A DNA stretch of 63,187 bases, filler included, from Pelomyxa schiedti (Eukaryota; Protista; Evosea): NCBI GenBank assembly GCA_020536535.1. It is 19 parts of 19 records of this genome, joined end to end, with 100 filler letters (N's around TTAATTAATTAA, not from the genome) between each part and the next. Parts side by side here need not be neighbours in the genome. Positions count along the whole stretch, not along the records: positions 30,993 to 45,827 come from JAHLWZ010001164.1; positions 45,928 to 47,076 come from JAHLWZ010002769.1; 17 more parts are not named here. One strand, written 5' to 3'. A program made the position numbers and the translations under genes. The notes under the pieces were generated by a model. It ran no database searches. It saw only the letters and a list, made by a program, of their open reading frames with translations, and had not been told where the DNA came from. Shown one piece after another: positions 37,121 through 47,076 of the stretch (position 1 is its first letter; each line of letters begins with the position of its first letter).

Positions 37121-37696
37121 GTTATTACACTGCGTAAGAAACGATGTTTGCTGCGTTGGTGTCATCACCGCGATTAATACGTGTTGTTATTACAAAAGCA
37201 AAAACATCGCACGAGGACCGCGAATAGGAGGAGGAAGAGGAAACGAAACAAGCGTTTTGGTTTCTTTTAGGGCGATACAACAAAAAACACAAAATTTCGT
37301 AGCCTACCGTAAGACATTGTTACTGTCGGTCTTGTTGGTTGTGGGTTTTTTGTTTAAAATGAATTTTTTTTCGGGCCCTTTTTGTGCTGTTGCTGTTACT
37401 AAACCTCCATTCTCAGGAATAGCGGTTTGTCAAACTTGATGACAAGGTTAGCCAACTGAGAGAAATAGCAGAAAACCAAAAAAGCCCCGGTTGTGCTGCC
37501 TCAGTATCCCGCGGTCCGCCGCTCCGTTCGGGGGAATCCCAACTTGGCAAGGTCTACGGCCCAAAAGGGATGCAAGGTGAATCTGAAACCGGCCTTTCGT
37601 GTGAAATCACACGGCTACGACTTTTTAAATCGAAAAAAACACCCGGCATGACACAAACTCATAAACACGACGCGACAGAAGCAATACAACACAAAG

Positions 37697-39349
37697 ATGT
37701 CTCTAGAGGCAAGCACTACTAGTGATGCGCAGCCGAAATGTTGGACTTGTGGGACGACTATACCCAAGTTGGATCACACTGTCCACAAGCAATGCAGCCG
37801 GTAGGATCCTCATTTTCTTTCCCTCTTTTTTAAAACACATTGGCAGAAGTTGTAATATAGTAGTGTTAGGATTATGTTTAACGAAAACTTTTTTTTTTTT
37901 CAAGGTGCAAGCTTGCAGTATTTTGTAGTGGGGTGTGCTTTAAGAAGGGATGGAAAGACCATAAGAAGCATTGCAATATTGTTGCTATACCAATTGACAG
38001 GGAACCAGAGTATGCTATTATGAATGAAAACTGTGATTAATAAAAGGAAATATATTTCTACTGTTGCTAACCACAACCAAAGTGCACACACCAGAGCGGC
38101 GCAAAGCAGACAGATGCAACAGGAAACTGTTGCAGCTTCTGTGCCCAAGCCACAAATTATTCACGCCAAGACCAACCCCTCTGCACCCCTTCCAGAGGGT
38201 TTTGTCTCTGCTGATACAATTACATCAGAGAATATGCCTTCAACCACCACATCTTCCTCACTCCCAGAGGAACTCACAACACCCTCTCCTACTGTCTCAA
38301 GCACCACTACCTCTTCCTCAGAGGGTTCCCAAAGAATTCTGCCAGCAACTGGAAAAGTTAATATAACTGGCGATTCTCCAACTGCCATCAAAGATCAGGC
38401 ACGTCTACAAGCCATGATTGGCTCTGGACGTGGCAGCAACATACACACCATTGCAGGAAAAACCTTGGTAGATGCCACATTGACTTCCACCGAGATTCCA
38501 GAGGTCAGAATTCCTTCAAAGCCTTAATTGTTTTACATCTGTGGTAGGGCGCTGCACTATGCTTTATCAATTGTACAGAATGCCAATATAGAATTGAGGC
38601 ACCTTCTGTGAAAATTTTCCTACAAGGCTGTGTTGGACTTAAGTTGCACATTGTGGGGAAAGTCATAACGAGCACTGTAGAGATCTTTCACTGTGAAGTA
38701 TGCAAAACCTAGAAGCAAGCTCGAATCTAACACCCTTCAAACTACAGCGTATAAAGGCTGTAATGAGTGGTGAAGTACACACAGTACAAGCCGATATGAA
38801 TCGGGACCTTGAAATAGAATTCCCTGATCAAGCCTCTTTCCGAATGATTGTTTGGGCAGGTTGCTACAACTTTAAGATTAAGGTTTGTTCCTCCATTTTG
38901 TTACAGTTTCTGACAATATCATATCAGGTCGGAGAAATGGAGCTGATTACCGGGTTTGATGTAATGAAAGGACACTACAAAAATATCCGAGAAGATATCA
39001 GTCAATTCAAAGTACCCCCATTATCTCTGCCAAATGCCCTCTCACTGAACTACAGGTGCACTTCGTGCAAAACAAGCTTATAGCTGAACGTGTTGTGCGA
39101 CTCGACAATGGCTTCCCTACTACCAAAAGGGAAGCGGACGAGTTTGACAGGTTTTTCAATGAACCGAAGCACCTATCTAGATTTTTTTAACACCCACGCA
39201 GACGCCAAGAAGAAAATATCCAAAGACGGGCCAAGGAGATGGGAATTACAATCAAAAGGAAACAACCCACTGGACCAAAGGTCGGGCGCAACGAGCCTTG
39301 TCCTTGTGGTTCCGGACAGAAGTACAAGTCCTGCTGCCTTTCTGGATAA
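37697..39349 (+). CDS. zf-MYND + low-complexity region + CAP_C/cofactor-C-like beta-helix + C-terminal SEC-C motif; multi-exon
   Basis: CWTC..QCSR|[23 protein letters not shown]; [37 protein letters not shown]|..TVQADM..IVWAG; [20 protein letters not shown]|; [20 protein letters not shown]. Confidence 0.8.
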
Positions 39350-39890
39350 CCAAGTCTGAAAGTTCAATCACCAATGTAACCAGCAAGTACAACGGCCTCA
39401 AGAGTGCCATTCAGGCATTTTTCTCCTCACCAGTTTCTGTGTGAGTTGAGGAAGCCTTGTGTACTGTTGGAGAGCTGGTTGCTTGGTGCTTATTCCTGTG
39501 AAATAATAAGATGAAAGTTTTTTTACAGCCTTGGTTTTATCTTTTCCCGTCGTGGACAAAAACCCTAAAGGACGTTTTTTTTGGTTTCCACAAACTCCCT
39601 TTACAGTAACCCCCTTCGCACCCATAATAGATCTGCGGTCCGATTAGCGTTTCCCGGAAAATCAAGTGCAGGAACCTACATCAACGCGAGAAACGACGTA
39701 ACCAGAAAAGCGGTGCCTCTTTGTGGTGCCACCTCCCAAACCAACCAAAAGCAACAAAAAAATTTGAAAGCACAGCCCTGTCAAACACCAACCAGTTTTC
39801 TTTGGACTTCTTTTTTTTTCCCCTCCCACCTGCCTCCCTTTTTTTTGGTTCTGATTGGTGCAGGGGAGTAGGCACACCTAGGAGAAGTGA

Positions 39891-42800
39891 ATGTTTTTAT
39901 CGAGGAGACATGGGTTATTGTCCAGTTCGGAGCCACTTCCACCACCCGAGTACTTGCCACCTCAGAAAGTATGTACTATTTTCGTTCATTGTCCCTTCTT
40001 TGTTGGTTTTTTTTTCCCTCACCTATCTGTCAAATGTTTATTTTTGTATTTGTAGGCAGTAGTGCCGGAGCAGGTCAACATTAGAGTCAATGGCAGACCT
40101 TTGAGAGTTGGTTATGGATGGACAATACTAAGGGCCTGCAAGGAAAATGGAATTCACATTCCTACACTCTGTCATCACCCAAGTGTTCCTCCTTTCGGGA
40201 AATGTGGAGTTTGTGTTGTTCATGTGGAGAGGGGTCACTCTTCAACATCTTTGCAATCCTCTTCTGGCGGCTCAACCCCGATTATCCCCTTGCTAACCCC
40301 ACCAAAAAGATCGCATCCACACCACTTCACTTCCCTGCTCCATCAAAAACCACAGTTTGTCATGTCATGCAAAACTCTTGTAGAGGAGGGAATGGTAATA
40401 ACTACCAACTCTGCTGCTGTTGTATATCAGTCTACTACCAATCTTGCAGAATTCTTGGGTACAAGAAGATTAGAAGGAATGCTGCCTGCCCCAGAAATTG
40501 AAGATTTACTGACGTATACCAGGGTTTGTTATCATGCAAAACTATCATTTCTCAAATGTAAAAAAAAAAAAAAAAAAAGAAATCTAGAGCAGTTAATGAC
40601 CAGCAGCAAGATTACGCAGTAGTGCGTGATCAGAGTTTATGCTGTCTATGTACACGTTGTGTTCGTGTTTGCTCAGAAATCCAGAACATGAACGTCCTCA
40701 GAATTGTATTCACTTCTCCTCTCAGTCCCATTATGTTTGAAAATGAGCTTCCTTTGCACGCAACCAGCTGCATAACATGTGGACAGTGTACCTTAGTTTG
40801 TCCTACAGGTGCTGTTTCTGAGAGATCTGATTGTGCTGTTGTTGAGAGGGAACTCGAAATGGCTTGTGCACTGGCCAAGTCAGGCAAAGAAAAGAAGATA
40901 TTCATACTTCAGACAGCACCCTCGAGCAGAGTATCTATTGGAGAGCTGATGGGTGAGGAGCCTGGAACAGATTGCACCTCGAAGCTCGTAGAAGCAGCTC
41001 ATACCATAGGCTTTGATCTGGTTTTTGACACACAATTTGCTGCTGATACCTGTGCCACTCATGAGGCTATTGAGTTGGTAGAGAGAGTGAATGCTGGAGG
41101 GCCGTTTCCTCTTTTTACCTCATGCTGTCCTGGTTGGGTGAAGTTGGTTGAAAATGTAACCTCTCCTTCTCTCTTTCGCTGATTTAATAGCAAACAGAAA
41201 TACCCGCACTTGAGGCCATTACTGTCAAAAGGAAGGTCGCCAATGATGATGCTAGGATCCATGATTAGAATGATGATGAAAAGGGACAATATACCAAGAG
41301 AAAAATATTTTGTGGTTGCACTCATGCCCTGTCTTGCTAAGAAAGAAGAAATAACACGACCGGAACTTAAGGATCCCGAGTGAGTTATTTCTGAAGTCTA
41401 TTCTTCCTTATGCTTTATGCAGAGGGAATTCTGATGTAGATGTAGTCCTCACTGTGAGAGAAATGGCTGTACTACTTAAAAAACGGATGGGATCTATGGG
41501 ATGGGGCAATTTAGGCTCTGGAAATGGTTCTTTTGATGAGCCATTTAATTTATCCAGTGGTGGTGGTACTTTATTTGCTGCTAGTGGTGGTGTTACAGTA
41601 TGTACCGTCATCTACTTTATTGGATATTTGAAAACTTCTTTTCCCTCTAAAAAAGGAAGCTTCTCTCCGTGTTGCATATTCATACCTCTCAAAGGAGAAA
41701 CTAACACCAAGTGTGTCGTCAGCCTTTGAAGAATGTCGCAGTGCTACAAAGCCAGATTCATGGTTGGAAACCAAGGTCGATGTCACTCCTGGGCATCGAC
41801 TTCACTCAATGCTCGATGTTGCAATTGTGAGTGGCACGAAAAAGATCCAAGAGTTTCTTTCTTCTGAGGGCTTGAATGACCCAGAGTCTGCAACTGAAAG
41901 GGGTGGTCACCGAAAGCACTTCGTAGAGTGCATGTGCTGCCCAGGGGGGTGCATTGGAGGTGGAGGGCAGCCAAAGTCTTTGGATGAACACATTGTTGAA
42001 AAAAGACGTTCTGCAATTTACGTTCTTGATAAGATAGCTTCAGAGAGGTCTCCATACCAAATGCAGAACAAGTTTCTGCATCATCACATTGGAGGGGTTA
42101 TGTCAGAAAAAGGGCGTGCCCTACTTGAATATGACCATCCAATGTTTTTGTCACCTAGAACAACAATGAACTTTGATGATTCTGCTTCAACAACTTGTGA
42201 AGCCTCGGCTCGTCTTTGCATCCTCTATGGCTCACAAGGAGGACTTACAGCATCTTATGCCAGAAAATTGCATTCCTTCTTCGAAAACAATTTAAATGAA
42301 CAGATTGTCATACATTCAATGGACAGGCGAGTAAGAGAACAGACACTTTTCATATGCTGACAATACTATAGGTTCCCCCTCAAGCTGCTGAACACTTGTC
42401 TCACACTAATTTTCCTTACTTCCACTTGGGCCACTGAAGAAAAATTGATGCCGTGCAACGCACAAAAATTCTTTGAATATTTGTGCAGTGTCCCATTGAA
42501 TCAACACCACAAAAAACTTGCTGGAACACGCTTTGCTGTTCTTGGATTTGGTTCAACCAAATACCACGAGGTCTGTCTGTTAGTGGAAAAGACGTTCCTG
42601 TGATAATATTTTTAGTTTTGTGGATTTGCTGTCCAATTACACACGATGCTGAGGAGATTGGGTGCTTCCCCGTTTATGGATCTTGTAAAAATCGACGTTG
42701 AACGACCTGACAAGTATTCCTCTCCCTCTAACATGCTAACTAAAAATCGCTTCCAAAAGAGGTGCCAAGCCCTTTAACCGTTGGATGCAAAGTATTACTT

Positions 42801-45800
42801 CCAGTCTCATCTCAACAAACCTTCCATCACCAAGAGTTTTATTGATTCCCTCTGTTTCTCCTGGTTTCTTCCAAATCCCCTCACTTTTTTGCTTACTCAA
42901 ACGGTCAGCAAGGCATAAAGGGGCAACACTGGTGTCTCCAGCCGGTTGCCATACTGTGACAGTAGCGAAGGTAGCGGAATACAAAACCTTGTCAAGTGCC
43001 ACAGAACACTATTTCTATGTTGAATTCACGACAGAGAAGAACTTTCTTGAGTAAAAACTCTGCTCCTTGTATCAAGCCCACTTACTGTTCCCAGTCCCGC
43101 ACCTGGTGACTACTTATATGTAATGCCCTCAAATCCAAGAGCAGAAGTAGAGCAATTCCTGAACTCTTTTTACCCAGGAATGAGCAATGTACCAATTACA
43201 ATTCTCTCTCTTTCGGGTAATACTCTCCCAGTCTGTCGAGAGATTCACAAATTATAGGAAAACCACTTGAGAGTATACCTTCACACCTCACTGTTTCACA
43301 ATTATTTGAGCAGTTTGTTGATCTTTATGGGCGACCTTCCAAAGATTTTGTTGAGCGTCTTCTTACAGCATCTGGAGAAGAAACCCAGTATGTAAAAAGC
43401 ATATTAAATATTCATCTGGTCTCCTTCTAGAATATTCACTTCCCAACCAATAGTCCTCTGGTTGGTGTGACCTTTGACCATGAGAGTTTTGTTCAGTGGG
43501 CAAAAGAACAGACTTACCTTGGGATACTCAAACAGTTTAAAAGCAACCTTGTCTCACTTGAAGTACTCCTTACAATGATTCCCACTATTTTGCCTCGGTG
43601 TTACACACCCATTCACCTCGATCCACCAAAACCCCATACTATAGCCATTTGCGTCAAAGTCATAGAGGATGGATTGTGTTCTAGATTCCTTGTAAATTCA
43701 AGTACACTGTCCGATATGTTTGTTGTACAATCTCCTTATTCACGTCTAGAAAGAGGGGACAAAATAAATGTTTATGTGACTGGATGCGAACTTCCACAGC
43801 CAATCTTCTTCCAAGACAACAAATTGCATCCCAGTCCAAAAGCACTTGCACCAGAACAAGCCTCAATGAAAGCCGTTCCCAATTTGAACCCTCCTCTTCC
43901 AATTCCAGTGAAACCAGTGGGCAGGTATCTTCGCATTTTTTCTCCAATTTCTGAAGGACAATTGTAGTGCCTCCTCTTCACCAAGAGAATCGAGTGCCAC
44001 ACCAAGAGAATCGAGTGCCACACCAAGAGAGTCAAGTACCACTCCTCGTGATGACATATTCCCACTGTCCCGTTCCGTTCAAAAGCTCACGTTTTCTAGT
44101 ATGGGTCGTGTGCCTGTGGGNNNNNNNNNNNNNNNNNNNNNNNNNNNNNNNNNNNNNNNNNNNNNNNNNNNNNNNNNNNNNNNNNNNNNNNNNNNNNNNN
44201 NNNNNNNNNNNNNNNNNNNNCACCAAGAGAATCGAGTGCCACACCAAGAGAGTCAAGTACCACTCCTCGTGATGACATATTCCCACTGTCCCGTTCCGTT
44301 CAAAAGCTCACGTTTTCTAGTATGGGTCGTGTGCCTGTGGGACTTCCAGTGAAGGAATCTTTTCACCTTACCAATAATCTGAAAGACAAGGCGAGATTTT
44401 CCATAGAGGATGTTCTCACAGCCAAATTTTCCCTCAGTTTTTATCCTCCAAATGGAGTGATAAAGTCACATTTCAGTGTTGACATACAAGCAACCCTGAC
44501 AGCCTTCTGCACTACTGTAATATCATCGGAGACCCACATTATAGCAGAATTCTCAGGGAAAACTAGCCAAACTGCTTTTCCCATTTTGGCAGAGACAAAG
44601 CTTTCTGTCAAACTGGACTTCGATGAAATCCACCGTATAGATCAAGTTGGAAAGGGGGGCTATGGGACTGTCTTCAAATCAGAATGGAGAGGACAAGATG
44701 TTGCCGTCAAGTTGTTGCACAACCAGGATCCTCTCCCTGAAGAGAAACGTGACTTTGAGAGGGAGTGTGCTGTGCTGGAGGAATTACGCAGCCCATATAT
44801 TGTAGCATTTGTTGGTTTCTGCCTCAATCCCTTGTGTATAGTCACAGAGTTCTTGCCACTCGGCAGTTTGAGCAAATATATATTTGGAAATCCTCCCTCT
44901 AGCCTCAGTGTGGAGTACAAACAAAAAGCAATGCTCAATGCTGCAACTGGAATGACATTTTTGCACAAAAGGTTATTCAAGATTTCACTGAGGATTGCAC
45001 TAACTGACACTTTTTAACTTGCAGTGGAATTATGCACAGAGATCTTAAACCGGACAACATACTTGTTGTCTCACTGGACTCTAAGCAAAGTGTTGTATGT
45101 AAATTGACCGATTTTGGTACCACTCGCGAATGCACGGAGCAAACAAAGAGGCTAACACAGGGGATAGGAAGTTTGTTTGCCTGTTCATACTATCGTCATC
45201 TAACTTATTGTTGCAGCACCTACTTTCATGTCCCCTGAAGTGTACCAGGGGGGGCAGTACTCCACACCCACTGATGTTTTCTCGTTTGCAGTACTTCTAT
45301 ATGAAGTTTTTTCTGGCATTCAGTCCTACTCAGGACCAGAATTCAGTCAGGACTGGAGTGAGTTCCCTCCGTTTTCGTCTTCCTGGTTCTAACTTCATAC
45401 AGTGATTCCGCAATATGTGATAGCTGGAAAAAGGCTGGCTGTCCCCCCGTCAGTACCGGAACGAATTGCAAATTTAATTAAAGTATGCTGGGCACAAGAC
45501 CCGCAAAAAAGACCATGTGAGCCGATCCTTCACATTTCTAATCCTAACCTCTTCCAAACAGCCTTCTCTATCATTCAGATAGAACTTGATTGCATAGCCA
45601 ACAACAAACCCCGGCACCTCTCCCTTTCACTATCACCACCCCCACATCCAACACAACAACAACCACCCGCACAATTACAACAAGAACAAGAACGAGAAAA
45701 CAGTAGCAGTAACAACAATGAACCTCACTACAACCGGCACAAACACCGCAGACCAACAGTGTCATCCTCCCCTGAAAGAACCCTAAAGGACCTCTCTTGA
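39891..45800 (+). CDS. [FeFe]-hydrogenase - flavodoxin - FAD-binding - Ig/MSP-like - TKL protein kinase fusion (about 20 exons)
   Basis: Frame stays open through manually placed introns: 39969-40055, 40514-40587, 41156-41197, 41380-41422, 41598-41655, 42327-42371 (GC-AG), 42571-42615, 42714-42759, 43051-43094, about 43217-43259, 43392-43430, 43925-43967 and four kinase introns. There is no stop between hydrogenase and kinase. Single stop at 45798-45800. Confidence 0.82.
40056..42160 (+). other. hydA: Domain: [FeFe]-hydrogenase (F-clusters + H-domain + small-subunit region)
   Basis: 2Fe-2S: TLCHH..GKCGVC..SCKT. 2x4Fe-4S: CCLCTRCVRVC and CITCGQCTLVCP. H-cluster motifs FTSCCPGW, MPCLAKKEE, ECMCCPGGCIGGGGQP. 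Also QTAPSSRVSIGE, DTQFAAD, SGGVTEASLR. Confidence 0.97.
42200..43800 (+). other. Domains: flavodoxin (FMN) + CPR/CysJ/NOS-type FAD-binding domain, without NAD(P) domain
   Basis: ILYGSQGGLTASYARKL, FLTSTW, PCNAQKFFEYL, RFAVLGFGSTKYHEFCGFA; PGDYLYVMPSN, FVDLYGRPSKDFVERL, IPTILPRCYT, GLCSRFL, GDKINVYV. Confidence 0.9.
44322..45620 (+). other. Domains: Ig/MSP-like pre-kinase domain + TKL-type kinase (Entamoeba TMK-like)
   Basis: AETKLSVKLDFDEI, VGKGGYGTV, VAVK, ERE, HRDLKPDN, DFG, GIGTPTFMSPE, DVFSF, CWAQDPQKRP. All catalytic residues present. Confidence 0.95.
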
Positions 45801-45927
45801 GGAGGACTTCATTATGTACAAAAAAAANNNNNNNNNNNNNNNNNNNNNNNNNNNNNNNNNNNNNNNNNNNNTTAATTAATTAANNNNNNNNNNNNNNNNN
45901 NNNNNNNNNNNNNNNNNNNNNNNNNNN

Positions 45928-47076
45928 ACTGTTCAAGAACTGGTAATGAAGGTTTGAGGACCTCCCCAACACAATTGGAGCGTCATTCCGAGCACACAAG
46001 GGTGTTCACCACATGCCATCGTAAATATTGCTTTCGCCTGTTTCTCCAATACTTACCTGTCACAGGGGGGACATCAGACTCGAACTGTGGGACACAGCAG
46101 GTTATCACTGATTGCCGCTTTTATTCCAACCTTACATTCAATAGGGCAAGAGAGGTTTCCGGACCTTTCATTCTCCTTCGCTACGTTTTGAGGATAGTTT
46201 ATTCAAACTTCAGTAAGATACCGGGCTCTTACTCCAATGTACATCAGAGGAGCCTCAATGGTGATTGTCGGGTGAGGCACTTTACTCACTGCCAAGTACA
46301 CTTTTAACTCAAAACCTCTAAGTTACGAAATAACGGATACAAATTCTGTTGACACTGCACTTCTATGGCTGACAGAGGTTTGTTCTCTGTTTAAGTAAGG
46401 TAATACAAACTTAAATGCCTCATAAGCTGAAATCACACCCAAACGTAACAACACAAGTATTGATTGGCAATAAAGTGGACTTGGAAAGGACCCGGCGTGT
46501 TCCTGTTTGGAGGGGACAAGAAATAGCCAGAGACCACAGTTTGCATGCCTCTTTTCTATTCTCTTTTTTCATAATTTCACAGATTTACTATTCACTGAAA
46601 CCAGTGCCAAAACTGGTCAAAATGTCCAAGAACTGTTCTGCGTTACCACCCTCCTTCAGCTTCTGCACATCCGAATGAAGGAATTCCTCTCGACACCAAC
46701 CACATACTTGGACTTCTACTTCGAAGGCAACAGCATCACCAACTTCATCATGACACCGCACTCTCCCTGCTCCGGAGGCTATTCCCACACACGCACAGCC
46801 ACACCACCATCAGAGCCGGCAAGGGTTCTCCACTGGATTGTGTTTTACTGGAAGCAGTTCTTCATCACATTCCTGTGCTCCACAATCCACCCTCACCTGC
46901 GGCACATTCCACAACAATCCAAGAGGGAAATTCTCACACTGGCATTCCCGTGGGTTATGCCATGGCTCTCGCTCCTCAAGAGAGGGATACTGGACCCCTC
47001 ACATCCCCTCGTGACTGAGTTCCTCGTCACGGTTGCCAACAGGCTCATTGAGTTCCCATTTGAAATCAAACGTTGT
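45928..47076 (+). CDS. Rab-family GTPase (Rab5/21-like switch I) with long C-terminal extension; both ends truncated
   Basis: PNTIGASF, LWDTAG|QER|YRALTPMYIRGA, VLIGNKVDL, ETSAKTGQNVQELF, followed by about 150 aa of open frame. The P-loop exon lies beyond the contig edge. Confidence 0.85.

Noticed and set aside
37475-37630. RNase MRP/U4-like ncRNA (ACAACCGGGGCTTTTTT and TCGTAGCC on the minus strand)
   Set aside because: No matching CR-I (GAAAGTCCCC) partner or U4 k-turn/U6-pairing sequence was found. It is more simply a divergent promoter region.
40062-42160. Nar1/IOP1 (hydrogenase-like CIA protein) instead of a true hydrogenase
   Set aside because: It has the full TSCCPGW motif (proton-transfer Cys), MPCxxKxxE, a [2Fe-2S] domain and two ferredoxin-type motifs, unlike Nar1.
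40062-45800. Treating the ORF-track pieces (40062, 40622, 41713, 42785, 43467, 44322, 45032, 45402) as separate prokaryotic genes
   Set aside because: Each ends in intron sequence with GT/GC-AG boundaries that restore conserved motifs in frame.
46049-46059. U1 snRNA 5' end (ATACTTACCTG)
   Set aside because: No U1 stem-loop I/II motifs or Sm site follow. It lies at the 3' end of a Rab intron.
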